NCBI GenBank assembly: GCA_022572465.1 | Contig: JACZVV010000001.1 | Span: 2,749-66,748, forward strand | Direction: 5' to 3' | Length of the DNA stretch: 64,000 nucleotides | DNA from: Chloroflexota bacterium | Lineage (GTDB): Bacteria; Chloroflexota; Dehalococcoidia; SHYB01 | Shown here: positions 38,345 through 48,495 of the stretch, piece by piece | How positions within the stretch are numbered: position 1 is the stretch's first letter | Layout: each line of letters begins with the position of its first letter | The notes under the pieces: generated by a model | Seen by the model: only the letters and a program-made list of their open reading frames with translations | Told to the model about the DNA's origin: nothing | Databases searched by the model: none | Made by a program: the position numbers and the translations under genes

Positions 38345-38374
38345 ACTATAGTATAGCCTGAAACGCGGCGTCAA
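38345..38374 (-). promoter_or_regulatory. Promoter of the tRNA pair
   Basis: TTGACG-18bp-TATAGT. Confidence 0.5.
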
Positions 38375-38451
38375 CGGAACAAACGCCAGCTGTTTTCGGC
38401 CACGGGATGGGACGAGACACCGGTCCAGACGTCGGCGGACGCGTGCCGGCC

Positions 38452-39210
38452 CTACACCATGTACACTCCGCCGTTGGCATGCAGCGTCTGTCCGGCGAGG
38501 GCGGTGTTGTCGTTGGTCGCGGCGTAGACGATGACCTGGGCCACCTCGTCCGGATGTTGCGCCCGCAGGAACGGGAAGCCTCGGACCTCGGCCGTGAACT
38601 GCTCGGCCTCCGGCCCCTCTTCGCTGCCCATGTTGGTCACCATGCGCCCCGGCGCCACGATGGTAACCACGATGCCGTACCGGGCCAGCTCCCACGCCAG
38701 GACCCTGCTGAAGCTATTGACCCCGGCCTTGCTCGCCGCGTAGGCCGCCAGCCCTTTCAGGGGCTGGACCGACGCGCCCGACGAGACGTTGACGATATGC
38801 CCGCTGTTCTGCCGCCGCATCGCCGGGATCACCGCCTGGCACGTCAGGAAGGTGCCCCTGAGGTTAATGTCCATCACCCGGTCGTAGGTCTCGTCGGTCA
38901 TCGCCTCCACCCGCTCGTTGATGACCACCCCCGCCACGTTGGCCAGCACGTCGATGCGGCCGAACTCGTCTTCTACCCGTTGCACCATCGCCGCGACGCT
39001 TGCGCGCTGGGTGATGTCGGTGTTTACGTACGTCGCCCGCCGGCCGGTCTCTTTCGTGATGGCCTCGGCGGCGTCCCGCCCCCAGTCGTCGCGGATGTCC
39101 GCCACGACGATGTCCAGCCCTTTGCGGGCCAGGCCCACGGCGGTGCAGCGTCCCAGCCCCCACGGGCGAGCCGCGCCGGTTACGATGGCGATCTGGTTGC
39201 TGGAAGCCAT
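38452..39210 (-). CDS. Short-chain dehydrogenase/reductase
   Basis: TGAARPWGLG, NVAG and YAASK motifs. Confidence 0.92.
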   Translation of the reverse strand: MASSNQIAIVTGAARPWGLGRCTAVGLARKGLDIVVADIRDDWGRDAAEAITKETGRRATYVNTDITQRASVAAMVQRVEDEFGRIDVLANVAGVVINERVEAMTDETYDRVMDINLRGTFLTCQAVIPAMRRQNSGHIVNVSSGASVQPLKGLAAYAASKAGVNSFSRVLAWELARYGIVVTIVAPGRMVTNMGSEEGPEAEQFTAEVRGFPFLRAQHPDEVAQVIVYAATNDNTALAGQTLHANGGVYMV

Positions 39211-39390
39211 TGCCGCACGCCTCCTCGGCGAGATGCGCCGTCAGGCCCGAAGGTCCGGCCGGCGTCAACGGCGATGATAGGCACGGTGAGACGCCTCGTC
39301 AAGGCGGCGGCAGAGGCGAAATCCCAGCCGGCGCCCCCCAACGGGAGCGTCGATCGCAGCGTTTTCGCCCGGAAGGCCTGGCGCTTGCCG

Positions 39391-40554
39391 CTAGACGACT
39401 TTCTCGTCGGACACGTGCTCGACGAACTGTTGCCCCAGCCGGGCGGCGCCCATCATCGTCCCCACCAGATGGTGATACGGCACGCCGGAGAAGTAGTGAT
39501 GGCTGCGAGTAGGGAGGTCGGCGCCCTCGGCCCACTCCTTGCGCTGGAGATCGATGTAGCCGTGCTGCTGCTTTTGGGACATCTCCTGAAGCAGCTCGCT
39601 GAGCCCGTAGGAGCTCGCGTGCTGGCCCCCGAGGGTAATGAAGATGAATTTGAACCCCAGCTCCCCGAGCTGGGCGAAGGTGATGGGATCGGGGTCGTTA
39701 TACCATTTGAACGACGACGACCAGTTGAAGGCGAATCGCGCGTCGGGGAACCGCTTTTGGATCTCGCTGGCGAAGCTCACGACAGGCTCCCGGTCGGACG
39801 TGGGAAACTCGCACCACACCAGGTCGGGGATACCGGTGTCCAGGTATCGTAGGGCCCGATCGACGGCCAGCTCCTGACCCCGCAACGACTCTGGAGCATC
39901 CATGGCGCTCAGTCCGTCGGTCCGCGCGATGATCACGAAATCGGAGTTTCCCAAGTCGTCGGCGACGGCCCTGACCATACGCAGCTTGCCGACCATCTCA
40001 TCGGCAGCCACGAGCGCTTTCCCCCCGATGTGGCCGCAGCGCTTGGGCAGCACCTGGTCCTCGATGTGAGCGGCGGCGACCCCGGCGTTGACGTACATCT
40101 CGGTGGTCCGCTGCACGTTGAAGATGTTGCCGTAGCCGCCGTCCATGTCGACGATCACCGGCGGGATCTCGAGATGCTTCGGCGGGATACCTTTCTCCGG
40201 GTCTCCGACGGCCATGGTCAGCTGGAACTTTCGCAGCGCGCTGACCGTCCTGCGGGCGCCGTCGGCGATCTCCACGTTGGCGTACAGGTCCATGTCGGTG
40301 CTGCCGACGTGCCCGATGGCGAACGAGTAGCCGCTGAAGTAGACGGTCTTGAAGCCGTAGTACATGACAAGCTGGGCGCCCATGGGATCATAGACCCCCG
40401 GACCGAAGAGATACGCCTCCGAGTCCAGCAGCGCCCGCATGCGGGTGCTGGGATGGACCCAGCGGGAGGCCGGCACCCGGTAGCCCTCGGGCATTAGCGC
40501 ACTCTCGGCTAGCTCCGAATCGCTCATCTCACCAACGCTCGTTTCGGTTCCCAC
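39391..40554 (-). CDS. Isocitrate lyase/PEP mutase family enzyme, probably a short-type isocitrate lyase
   Basis: DMDGGYG, HIEDQVLPKRCGH, IIARTD, LVWCE, FNWSSSFKW and LGELGFKFIFITL motifs. Confidence 0.82.
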   Translation of the reverse strand: MGTETSVGEMSDSELAESALMPEGYRVPASRWVHPSTRMRALLDSEAYLFGPGVYDPMGAQLVMYYGFKTVYFSGYSFAIGHVGSTDMDLYANVEIADGARRTVSALRKFQLTMAVGDPEKGIPPKHLEIPPVIVDMDGGYGNIFNVQRTTEMYVNAGVAAAHIEDQVLPKRCGHIGGKALVAADEMVGKLRMVRAVADDLGNSDFVIIARTDGLSAMDAPESLRGQELAVDRALRYLDTGIPDLVWCEFPTSDREPVVSFASEIQKRFPDARFAFNWSSSFKWYNDPDPITFAQLGELGFKFIFITLGGQHASSYGLSELLQEMSQKQQHGYIDLQRKEWAEGADLPTRSHHYFSGVPYHHLVGTMMGAARLGQQFVEHVSDEKVV

Positions 40555-40908
40555 AGCCTCTCCTCCTGTCGCGCCTGGGGCCGCCCGCAGCCTGGTCTCG
40601 TCTCACCGGGCGGCCTTTCTCAGGGGTCAGTCCTTGATTTCCGGCCCGAGTTCGGGCCAATCTCGCGAGAATTTCGACTGCGCCCTCGCCATGGCCCAAA
40701 AGGTGCGACTCCTGACCCCACTCCCGCAGCCGGCCCCGGGCGTCGTTCGATTCAGACAAACAAGATCATGGTTCGGTTTGAGGAGCCGCCACGAAACCGG
40801 CGGATGAAGAGTCGGGGAGCGACCGGCTGTCGGGCGGTGTTGGCGATCCGGGATGCCCCGGTCCCGCTCGCCGCAGCCCGCCGGTCTCGATTCGTGACAG
40901 GTTTCGCG

Positions 40909-40938
40909 AGTATGACCGGCGCGAGGCCTTTCTGTCAA
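40909..40938 (-). promoter_or_regulatory. Putative promoter ~350 nt upstream of the lyase gene
   Basis: TTGACA-18bp-CATACT. Confidence 0.45.
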
Positions 40939-41036
40939 ATCCGGCGCCGCCCTCGGACTGCTCCGTGATTCGACGTACAGCGCACTGTCCGCGATGCTTT
41001 CGTTCACGACGCCCTCGGACGCCCACGCCCTGCCGC

Positions 41037-41483
41037 CTATTCCCGCAAGAGCACCCGCTGTTCGATGGCGACGCCCCGCCGCAGCGTCTCGGTGACCGGG
41101 CAGCTGTCAGCCACGGCCTCCAACTCCTGCCGCTGCTCCTCGGTGATCGGCCCCTTGAGCTCGATGACGGCCTCTACGCCAGACACCCGCAATACCGCGT
41201 GGACCGGGCCGTCAATCCTATCGTGGTCGAGATCGAACGTCGGGATGCGCACCTCGATGGACTCGACGGGATAACCCTTGCGGCGAGCGTACCGCGCCAC
41301 CGTCACCGCTTTGCAGCCGGCCAAGGCGGCCAGGAGGGTCACGACCGGCGACGGGCCCAGGTCGTCGCCGTCCATCTCCACGGGATGATCGATCAGCATC
41401 GAGTGCCGGCCCATCTCCACCTGCACCTGGTCACGGACCACATGGCGGGCCGACACGTTGGCGGCGATCTGTCGCGTTGTCAC
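41037..41483 (-). CDS. OsmC family protein
   Basis: DGDDLGPSP..LLAALAGC and CPVTETL motifs. Confidence 0.85.
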   Translation of the reverse strand: MTTRQIAANVSARHVVRDQVQVEMGRHSMLIDHPVEMDGDDLGPSPVVTLLAALAGCKAVTVARYARRKGYPVESIEVRIPTFDLDHDRIDGPVHAVLRVSGVEAVIELKGPITEEQRQELEAVADSCPVTETLRRGVAIEQRVLLRE

Positions 41484-41681
41484 ACTGAAGCCTCCTCTTC
41501 CCTGCGGGACCGCAACGACGCCCGCTACCCACCGGGCCGTCCTTTTGCTGGCCGCCCGAGGATATCACCCGCGCCGGGTCAGGGCAATCGACCCGCCTCT
41601 TTCCTGCCTCCGGACGACAGCCGTTGATGGGCCGATTCGAGCCGGTGTATAGTGGGCCCATTACCCGCACGGGAGGAGCCG

Positions 41682-42833
41682 ATGCACAGCCTCCGAGACA
41701 CAGCCGCCATCGTCGGGATCGGCGAGACCGAGTACGTCCGCAAGAGCAGCAAGAGCCTCGAAGCCCTGGTGTTCCAGGCGATCGAGCGGGCCTGCGACGA
41801 CGCCGGCATCACCCCGAAAGAGATCGACGGCGTGGTCCAGTGCGGCAGCGGCACCGCCTACGTCCCGATCATGGACTTCGTCCGCAACTACGATCCTCAC
41901 GTGGTCAGCTACGCCGGCATGGCCCCTTTCGGCGGCGGCGCCGCGGTCAACTCCGCCGCGGCCCTCGCGGCGATGGCCGTCAACGCCGGCATGGCCAAAC
42001 ACGTCGTCGTGTGGCATGGCCTGGCCTGGGGCTCCCTCAACCAGACGCCCGGCGACGTCCACGACGCCGTGGACAATAAGCACGACTTCGAGACGCCCTA
42101 CGGCTGGTTCGGCCAGCCATCGCACCTGGCGATGGTCGCCCAGCGCCACATGCACGAGTACGGCACCACCCACGACCAGCTTGGGGCCATCGCCGTGGCG
42201 GCCCGCAAGCACGCCATCATGAACGACAACGCGGTGATGAGGCAGCCCATCACGCTGGAGGACTACCACGCCTCGCGATGGATTACCGAACCGTTCCACC
42301 TGCTGGACTGCTGCCTGATCAACGACGGCGCCGGAGCGTACATCGTAAGCAGCGCGGAGCGGGCCCGGTCGATGAAGCAACCGCCGGTCTACATCATGGG
42401 CATCGGCCAGTCGCCGGGGCACCGGACCAAGTACTGGGCCCAGAATCCCGCGCTCTGCGAGACGGCGGCGGTGGACTCCGCTCCCAGGGCCTACGCCATG
42501 GCCGGCGTCGGGCCCGAGGACATCGACTTTTTCCAGACCTACGACTGCTTCACCATCACCACGCTGATGACCATCGAGGACCACGGTTTCTGCAAGAAGG
42601 GCGAGGGCGGCCCGTTCGTGGAGAACGGCCGGATCGAGGTCGGCGGTCAGCTGCCGGTGAACACCCACGGCGGCATGCTGTCGCAGTCCTACATGCAGGG
42701 GATGAACCACGTCTGCGAGTCGGTGCGTCAGCTCCGAGGCACCGCGGGCGCGGCACAGGTCCGCGATGCTGAGATCGGCATGGTCGGCGGCTACGCCGGC
42801 TCGACCTACGCCAGCCTCATCCTGCGCCGGTAG
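41682..42833 (+). CDS. Thiolase-like protein (lipid-transfer type)
   Basis: AAIVGIGET, PFHLLDCC, YDCFT and NTHGGMLS motifs. Confidence 0.9.
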   Translation: MHSLRDTAAIVGIGETEYVRKSSKSLEALVFQAIERACDDAGITPKEIDGVVQCGSGTAYVPIMDFVRNYDPHVVSYAGMAPFGGGAAVNSAAALAAMAVNAGMAKHVVVWHGLAWGSLNQTPGDVHDAVDNKHDFETPYGWFGQPSHLAMVAQRHMHEYGTTHDQLGAIAVAARKHAIMNDNAVMRQPITLEDYHASRWITEPFHLLDCCLINDGAGAYIVSSAERARSMKQPPVYIMGIGQSPGHRTKYWAQNPALCETAAVDSAPRAYAMAGVGPEDIDFFQTYDCFTITTLMTIEDHGFCKKGEGGPFVENGRIEVGGQLPVNTHGGMLSQSYMQGMNHVCESVRQLRGTAGAAQVRDAEIGMVGGYAGSTYASLILRR

Positions 42834-42847
42834 GCGAGAGATGGGGT

Positions 42848-43156
42848 ATGCGGGACAACCACCGGCCCGAACCCCGCCATCGGCGCTCTATCCGGCTCAA
42901 GGGATGCGATTGCGCTACTTCCGTCCATCATCGTGACCGTCTGCACCCGCCAACAGGAGTGTCTTTTCGGAGGCATCCGCGCCGGCCGAATATGGTTGAA
43001 TGATGCGGGACGAGTGGTCCGGGATCGTTGGAACGGCCTGCCACGTCATCATCCCCACGCGGAATTGGACTCAATGGCTGTGATGCCGAATCACGCGCAT
43101 GGGACCGTGGTTCTTTTGTGCGCCGTTTTAGGGGCGGGTTTTAGACCCGACCCTAC
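42848..43156 (+). pseudogene. REP-associated tyrosine transposase (RAYT) remnant with REP-like hairpin
   Basis: HRRSIRLKGCD, then after a frameshift TVCT...CLFG.I...LNDAG.VV...W..LP...MPNHAHG (HUH motif); TAGGGGCGGGTTTTAGACCCGACCCTAC at 43129-43156. Confidence 0.8.
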
Positions 43157-43191
43157 CGCCTGGCGTGCAAGGCGTCACGGGGGCAGGCCCG

Positions 43192-43617
43192 CTACGCAAA
43201 GGTCTTCTTCAGGTCGTTCAAGAGGGCCACGTAGATGCCGTGGCAGAACTCCACCGCCCCGTCGCCTTTGGCCTCCCAGTTGGACGACCACTCCAAGAAC
43301 GTCGTGTCGCCCTCGGTGACTGGGGAGACTCGAACCATGCCCACGTACCCCTTCACGTCGTCTTTCGATATCGGCGAAGGGCCGTCGTCGATGCTGTACC
43401 TGACCGTGCGTTCGACGTCGCTCACGCCCAACAGCGTCTCGTGGAACACGTCGTTGAGCAGCCGGCGGGCGCCCGCCTGATCGCCTTTTTTGTCGCCCAC
43501 GATAGTGAGTTTCGTAACGACGTTGGGGGCCCAGGACATGTCATGAAAATCGCTCAAAGCGGCCCAGACCTTGTCGACAGGCCCATTCACGACAATAGAC
43601 TGATACGTCTTCCCCAT
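43192..43617 (-). CDS. SRPBCC family protein
   Basis: PVDKVWAALSDFHDMSWAP, GARRLL..FHETL and TFLEWSS. Confidence 0.85.
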   Translation of the reverse strand: MGKTYQSIVVNGPVDKVWAALSDFHDMSWAPNVVTKLTIVGDKKGDQAGARRLLNDVFHETLLGVSDVERTVRYSIDDGPSPISKDDVKGYVGMVRVSPVTEGDTTFLEWSSNWEAKGDGAVEFCHGIYVALLNDLKKTFA

Positions 43618-43719
43618 TTGAGCTGTGCCTCCCAGCAAAAAGTTTCAGCGTAGTGTAGCACACGTATGGACGTCCCGATCATCCAATCGGGAAGCCCCTC
43701 CCGACCGTCACCAAAAACG

Positions 43720-45276
43720 TCAAGGGCGCACGAAAACCAGGTGCTTAAGCCACGCCGCTGAGCTCTCGGGGAAGTCGGTCCGGTAGTGGGCGCCGCGACT
43801 CTCCTCGCGTAGCAGCGCCGCTTCGGCGATGAGCCGCCCCGTCAGCACCGCGTTGCGCAGGTCGTTGGACGCCCGGTCCGCCGCCTCGGGCAGGCGCCGC
43901 TCCCACGAAGCCAGCGTGTCCGCCGCGAAGGTCAGCCCCTCACGGGTGCGCTCGATGCCCACGTGGTCCCACATCAGGCGTTGCAACGCGGCCAGGCCGG
44001 TGCCTGGATAGGTCTGGCCCGCGGCCTCCCGCCTCGGCAGCGAGTGTGCCTCTTCGATCCGTCCGCCGGGCTCCGATGGGCCGTCTTCCCGTTTGGTCCC
44101 TCCGTTACGCGCCCGGTCCACCAGCCGCTTGGCGAAGACCATCGTCTCCAGCAGCGAGTTGCTGGCCAGCCGGTTGGCGCCGTGGGCGCCGGTGCAGGCC
44201 GTCTCCCCACAGGCCAGCAGCCCCTCGATGTTCGTCTCGCCCCAGGCGTTGATCTTCACGCCGCCCATCATGTAGTGGGCCGCCGGGGCGACAGGAATCA
44301 GGGCGCGCGTGATGTCCAGGCCCTGGCCCATGCAGAACTGATAGATCTGGGGAAAGCGGCCCTGCACCGTCCGGGCGGGCAGGTGGCGGACATCCAGGAA
44401 CACGTGGGGGGCGCCGGTCTTGCGCATCTCGGCGACGATGGCCCGGGCCACCACGTCGCGAGCCGCCAGCTCTCGCTCCGGCGCATAGTCGGCCATGAAC
44501 GCCCGGCCGGCCTCGTTCCGGAGGATGCCGCCCTCGCCGCGCACCGCTTCGGAGATCAGGAACGGCGGCGCGCCCGGCATGCGCAGGGCCGTGGGATGGA
44601 ACTGGAAGAACTCCATGTCCATCACCTCGGCGCCCGCTCGAAAGGCCACGGCCACGCCGTCTCCGGTGACGACCTCCGCGTTGGTCGTGATCTGAAACAG
44701 CCGGCCCGCGCCGCCGGTCGCCAGGACCAGCCGCCGGCACTCCAGCCGTTCCACCGTCCCCGCCCGGCTGTCGAACACCGTCGCACCCTGAAGCACGCCG
44801 TCGGCAACCTCGACATCGGCCAGCAGGCTGTACTCGCGGATGCTGAACCCGGCATGCCGCGCCAGGTCGCTCAGCGAGAGCTCGATGTGCCTCCCGGTGG
44901 CGTCGCCGCCGGCGTGAAGGATGCGGGGCACGCTGTGGGCGCCCTCTCGGGCCAGGGCGACCTCGCCATGAATCGTGTCGAAGGCCACGCCATAGCGGAT
45001 CAGGTCCCCGACGCGATCGGCGCCCTCCTCGGTCATGATGCGAACGCTGTCCAGGTCGACCAGGCCCGCGCCGGCGGAGACGGTGTCGCGAAGGTGCAGC
45101 TCGGGGCTATCGTCGGCCCCAATGGCGGCGGCGATCCCGCCTTGGGCGTACTGAGTGTTGCACTCTTCGAGACTACCCTTGGTCAGGATCAGAACCGACC
45201 CGGCGTCCCGGGCCAAGAGCGCTGTGTACAGACCGGCGATGCCGGAGCCGACGATGATGTAATCGAAGGTGCGCAT
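43720..45276 (-). CDS. nadB: L-aspartate oxidase
   Basis: GSGIAG, AQGGIAA, REGAHS, QFHPT and HGANRLASNSLLE motifs; next to nadA. Confidence 0.95.
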   Translation of the reverse strand: MRTFDYIIVGSGIAGLYTALLARDAGSVLILTKGSLEECNTQYAQGGIAAAIGADDSPELHLRDTVSAGAGLVDLDSVRIMTEEGADRVGDLIRYGVAFDTIHGEVALAREGAHSVPRILHAGGDATGRHIELSLSDLARHAGFSIREYSLLADVEVADGVLQGATVFDSRAGTVERLECRRLVLATGGAGRLFQITTNAEVVTGDGVAVAFRAGAEVMDMEFFQFHPTALRMPGAPPFLISEAVRGEGGILRNEAGRAFMADYAPERELAARDVVARAIVAEMRKTGAPHVFLDVRHLPARTVQGRFPQIYQFCMGQGLDITRALIPVAPAAHYMMGGVKINAWGETNIEGLLACGETACTGAHGANRLASNSLLETMVFAKRLVDRARNGGTKREDGPSEPGGRIEEAHSLPRREAAGQTYPGTGLAALQRLMWDHVGIERTREGLTFAADTLASWERRLPEAADRASNDLRNAVLTGRLIAEAALLREESRGAHYRTDFPESSAAWLKHLVFVRP

Positions 45277-45298
45277 GCCAAGGCCGAATCGGAGGCCG

Positions 45299-46495
45299 TC
45301 AGGTCGTCGCCAGCATGCGCTCCAGCGCCACCCGCGCCCAGTGCGCCACCTCGTCGTCGACTTTAATCTGGTTCACCACGTTGCCCTCGACCAGCCCCTC
45401 CAGCACCCAGGCCAGGTACGCCGGGTGGATGCGATACATCGTGGCGCAAGGGCAGATGACGGGGTCCAGGCAGTAGACCAGCTTGTCGGGATGCTCGTGG
45501 GCCAGCCGGTTGACCAGATTGATCTCGGTGCCGATGGCCCATTTGCTGCCCGGCGGCGCCTCGGATACCGACTTGATGATCTGCTCGGTCGACCCGTCGT
45601 AGTCCGCCTCGTCGACCACCTCCATGGTGCACTCGGGGTGGACCATGACGTTGATGCCGGGGTGCCGTTCTCTTGCCTGCCGCACCTGCTCGACGGTGAA
45701 CCGTTTGTGCACCGAGCAGTGCCCTTTCCAAAGGATGAACGTGGCCCGGCGCAGGTCGTCCTCGCTGTTGCCGCCCAGAGGCTGGAACGGGTCCCAGACC
45801 AACGTGTCGTCCACCGAGTACCCCATCTTGCGGGCGGTGTTCCGTCCCAGGTGCTGGTCCGGGAAGAAGAGGACCTTCTCCCGTCGGTCCAGGGCCCACC
45901 GGATCACTGCCTGGGCGTTGGAGGAGGTGCAGACCAGCCCGCCGTTGATGCCGCAGAACGCCTTGAGGGCCGCCGTCGAGTTCATGTAGGTCGCCGGCAT
46001 CACCTTCCCGGCGACGCCCTCGACGCCCTGCAGGTCGTCCCAGCACTGGAGAACGTCCTCCGTGGAAGCCATGTCGGCCATGGAGCAGCCCGCGGACATG
46101 TTGGGCAGAATCGTCGTCTGGTGCTCGGCGCTCAGGATGTCGGTGCTTTCAGCCATGAAGTGGACGCCGCAGAAAACGATGAACTCCGCCTCGGGCCGCG
46201 CCGCCGCGGCCTTAGCCAGCTTGAACGAGTCGCCGCGCAGGTCGGCATACTGGATGATCTCGTCCCGCTGGTAGTGGTGGCCCAGGATCACCAGCCGGTC
46301 CCCCAGTGTCTTTCTCGCGGCTTCGATTCGCTCGTCCAGCTCCGTGGCCTCCAGGCCCATGTACCGCTTGGGCAGGTGGCTGACCTGGCTCTTGGTGCCC
46401 ATCTCCGTTCGAATCAGCAGGTCGGCCAGCGACCGGTCGGCATCGCACCCTTTCCCTGGCGTAAGCTTCTCCGGCGCCATCGTAGTCGTCGTCAT
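45299..46495 (-). CDS. nadA: Quinolinate synthase
   Basis: GHHYQ, FCGVHFMAE, GCSMADMA, HPEC and CPCATM motifs. Confidence 0.96.
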   Translation of the reverse strand: MTTTTMAPEKLTPGKGCDADRSLADLLIRTEMGTKSQVSHLPKRYMGLEATELDERIEAARKTLGDRLVILGHHYQRDEIIQYADLRGDSFKLAKAAAARPEAEFIVFCGVHFMAESTDILSAEHQTTILPNMSAGCSMADMASTEDVLQCWDDLQGVEGVAGKVMPATYMNSTAALKAFCGINGGLVCTSSNAQAVIRWALDRREKVLFFPDQHLGRNTARKMGYSVDDTLVWDPFQPLGGNSEDDLRRATFILWKGHCSVHKRFTVEQVRQARERHPGINVMVHPECTMEVVDEADYDGSTEQIIKSVSEAPPGSKWAIGTEINLVNRLAHEHPDKLVYCLDPVICPCATMYRIHPAYLAWVLEGLVEGNVVNQIKVDDEVAHWARVALERMLATT

Positions 46496-46510
46496 GGTTC
46501 ACCTATGTTT

Positions 46511-47815
46511 CTAGATCGCCACGGGGATCGCCGTGGCGGCCGCCCGAAGCGCTCTCCCCCGAAGGGAGTAGGGCGACGCCTCGGTGATCTCGACTTGCAC
46601 CGTCTCTCCGTGAAATCGTTGGCCTCCGTCCACATAGACCAGCTTGTTGGGCCGGGTGCGTCCGTGCCAGCGCCCGTCCTTCTCGCCTTCGATCAGCACT
46701 TCGTGGGTCGTCCCCACAAGCGCCGCGTTGATCTCCCGGGCGATCTCCGTCTGCATCGCCTCCAGGGCCGCGTGGCGCTCCTTCTTCTCCTTTTGGGACA
46801 CGTCGTCGGCTTGCCGCCGCCACGCGATCGTCCCCGGCCGGGGTGAGTACATCGCCATGTGCACCTTATCGAATCGCACGCGCCGCACCAGGTCCATCGT
46901 CTGCTGGAACTGGCTCCGGGTCTCGCCGGGGAAGCCGACGATGACGTCGGTGGTGAGACCCACGCCGGGCATCGCGACGCGGATGCGGTCGACCAGCGCA
47001 AGGTACTGCTCGCGGGTGTAGCCCCGGCGCATCGCCGCCAGCACGTCGTCGTCTCCGGCCTGGACCGGCAGGTTGATGAACTCGCAGACCTTGTCCAGGC
47101 GGGCAACCGCGTCGACGATTCTTGGGCTCATGTCGTTGGGGTGGGAGGTCAGGAAGCGGACCCGCTGGATGGCCTGAACGCCGTCGACCGCCTCCAGCAG
47201 GTCGGCGAGATCAGGCTGGTCCGGCAGGTCGTGGCCGTAGGAGTCGACGTTCTGCCCCAGAAGCGTCACCTCTTTGACGCCGCGCCGGGCGAGCATCTCC
47301 ACCTCCGTCACCAGCTCGGCGATGGGGCGGCTCCGCTCGCGGCCCCGGCGGTAGGGGATGATGCAGAAGGTGCAGAACTTGTCGCAGCCGTGGATGATCG
47401 GCACGAAGGTCGCCACCGAGGGCCGGCTGGGGATCAGGGGCAGCGAGCTGTCGATGCAGACGCCCTGCCGCGCCTCGACGAGACGAATCAGGTCGCCGTA
47501 CTCCTGCGGGCGCATGAACACGTCGGTATGGGGGAAGCGGGCGCGGAGCTCGTCGGTGTTGGGCCCCACCATGCACCCCATGAGGGCCACGATGGTTTCG
47601 GGACGTTGCCGCTTCACGGACTTCAGCGAGCCCAGCCGCCCGGCGACCTTGTCTTCCGCGCCCTGGCGCACGACGCAGCTGTTGAGGACGATGATGTCGG
47701 CCTCTTCCATAACGTCGGTGGGAGAGCATTCGAGGCGCTCCAGAGCCGCGCCCAGCCGCTCCGAATCGGCCACGTTCATCTGACAGCCGATGGTCCAGAT
47801 GTGATAGGTTTTCAT
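46511..47815 (-). CDS. miaB: tRNA-2-methylthio-N6-dimethylallyladenosine synthase
   Basis: TIGCQMN, CDKFCTFC, LLGQNVDSYG, TSHP motifs and a TRAM domain. Confidence 0.95.
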   Translation of the reverse strand: MKTYHIWTIGCQMNVADSERLGAALERLECSPTDVMEEADIIVLNSCVVRQGAEDKVAGRLGSLKSVKRQRPETIVALMGCMVGPNTDELRARFPHTDVFMRPQEYGDLIRLVEARQGVCIDSSLPLIPSRPSVATFVPIIHGCDKFCTFCIIPYRRGRERSRPIAELVTEVEMLARRGVKEVTLLGQNVDSYGHDLPDQPDLADLLEAVDGVQAIQRVRFLTSHPNDMSPRIVDAVARLDKVCEFINLPVQAGDDDVLAAMRRGYTREQYLALVDRIRVAMPGVGLTTDVIVGFPGETRSQFQQTMDLVRRVRFDKVHMAMYSPRPGTIAWRRQADDVSQKEKKERHAALEAMQTEIAREINAALVGTTHEVLIEGEKDGRWHGRTRPNKLVYVDGGQRFHGETVQVEITEASPYSLRGRALRAAATAIPVAI

Positions 47816-47894
47816 TTGCGAATTATTTCACAAGTTATGACCCGGTTTTGAGTACAAAAAGCCCCCGTTAAGGCAACTCCTTCGTTGAAAACGC

Positions 47895-47989
47895 TGGCGG
47901 AGGGAATGGGATTTGAACCCATGAAGAGGTTATTCACCCCTTAACCGCTTAGCAGGCGGCCGCACTAGACCAGGCTATGCGATCCCTCC
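47895..47989 (-). tRNA. tRNA-Ser(GCT)
   Basis: GGAGGGA...GCCGC-CTGCTAA-GCGGT, long variable arm, GGGTTCAAATCCC, TCCCTCCGCCA. Confidence 0.95.
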
Positions 47990-48264
47990 CTCGACGCCAC
48001 TATAGCACTCACCTCGGCGCCCTTCAAGGAGCCTGGTCGCGCCTGATCCAAGTCTCACCCGTTCCAGCCTTTGGTCATCTTCCCCTCGCCGTCCTGAATT
48101 TTCGGTGCAGGACGGGCACGCGCGGTGCAGGACGCGCACGGAACTTGCCGGCGGTCCTCCCCCTCTCCATGGCCATGGAGAGGGGGCCAGGGGGTGAGGC
48201 CTACCGGTACGCCAGCTTGACCGACCGGCCTCACCGCCGATACAATCGCACCAGGAGGCGTCGC

Positions 48265-48495
48265 ATGCCGCTGTACGAGTACCACTGCTCCACGTGCCGG
48301 GACACCTTCGAGGTCCTGCGGCCCATGGGCCAGGCCCCGGTGGCCGAGATGTGCGCCGAGGGCCACGAGGCCAAGAAAGTCCTTTCCACCTTCGCCACCG
48401 TCGGCGTAGCCCAAGAGGGCGGCATCGCGCCCTCGGCGTTCCAAGGCGGCGGCGCCGGCGGCTGCTGCAACCCCGGCGGCTGCGCCTGTCACTAG
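48265..48495 (+). CDS. FmdB family zinc-ribbon protein
   Basis: MPLYEYHCSTC...FEVL; GGCCNPGGCACH tail; AGGAGG RBS. Confidence 0.85.
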   Translation: MPLYEYHCSTCRDTFEVLRPMGQAPVAEMCAEGHEAKKVLSTFATVGVAQEGGIAPSAFQGGGAGGCCNPGGCACH

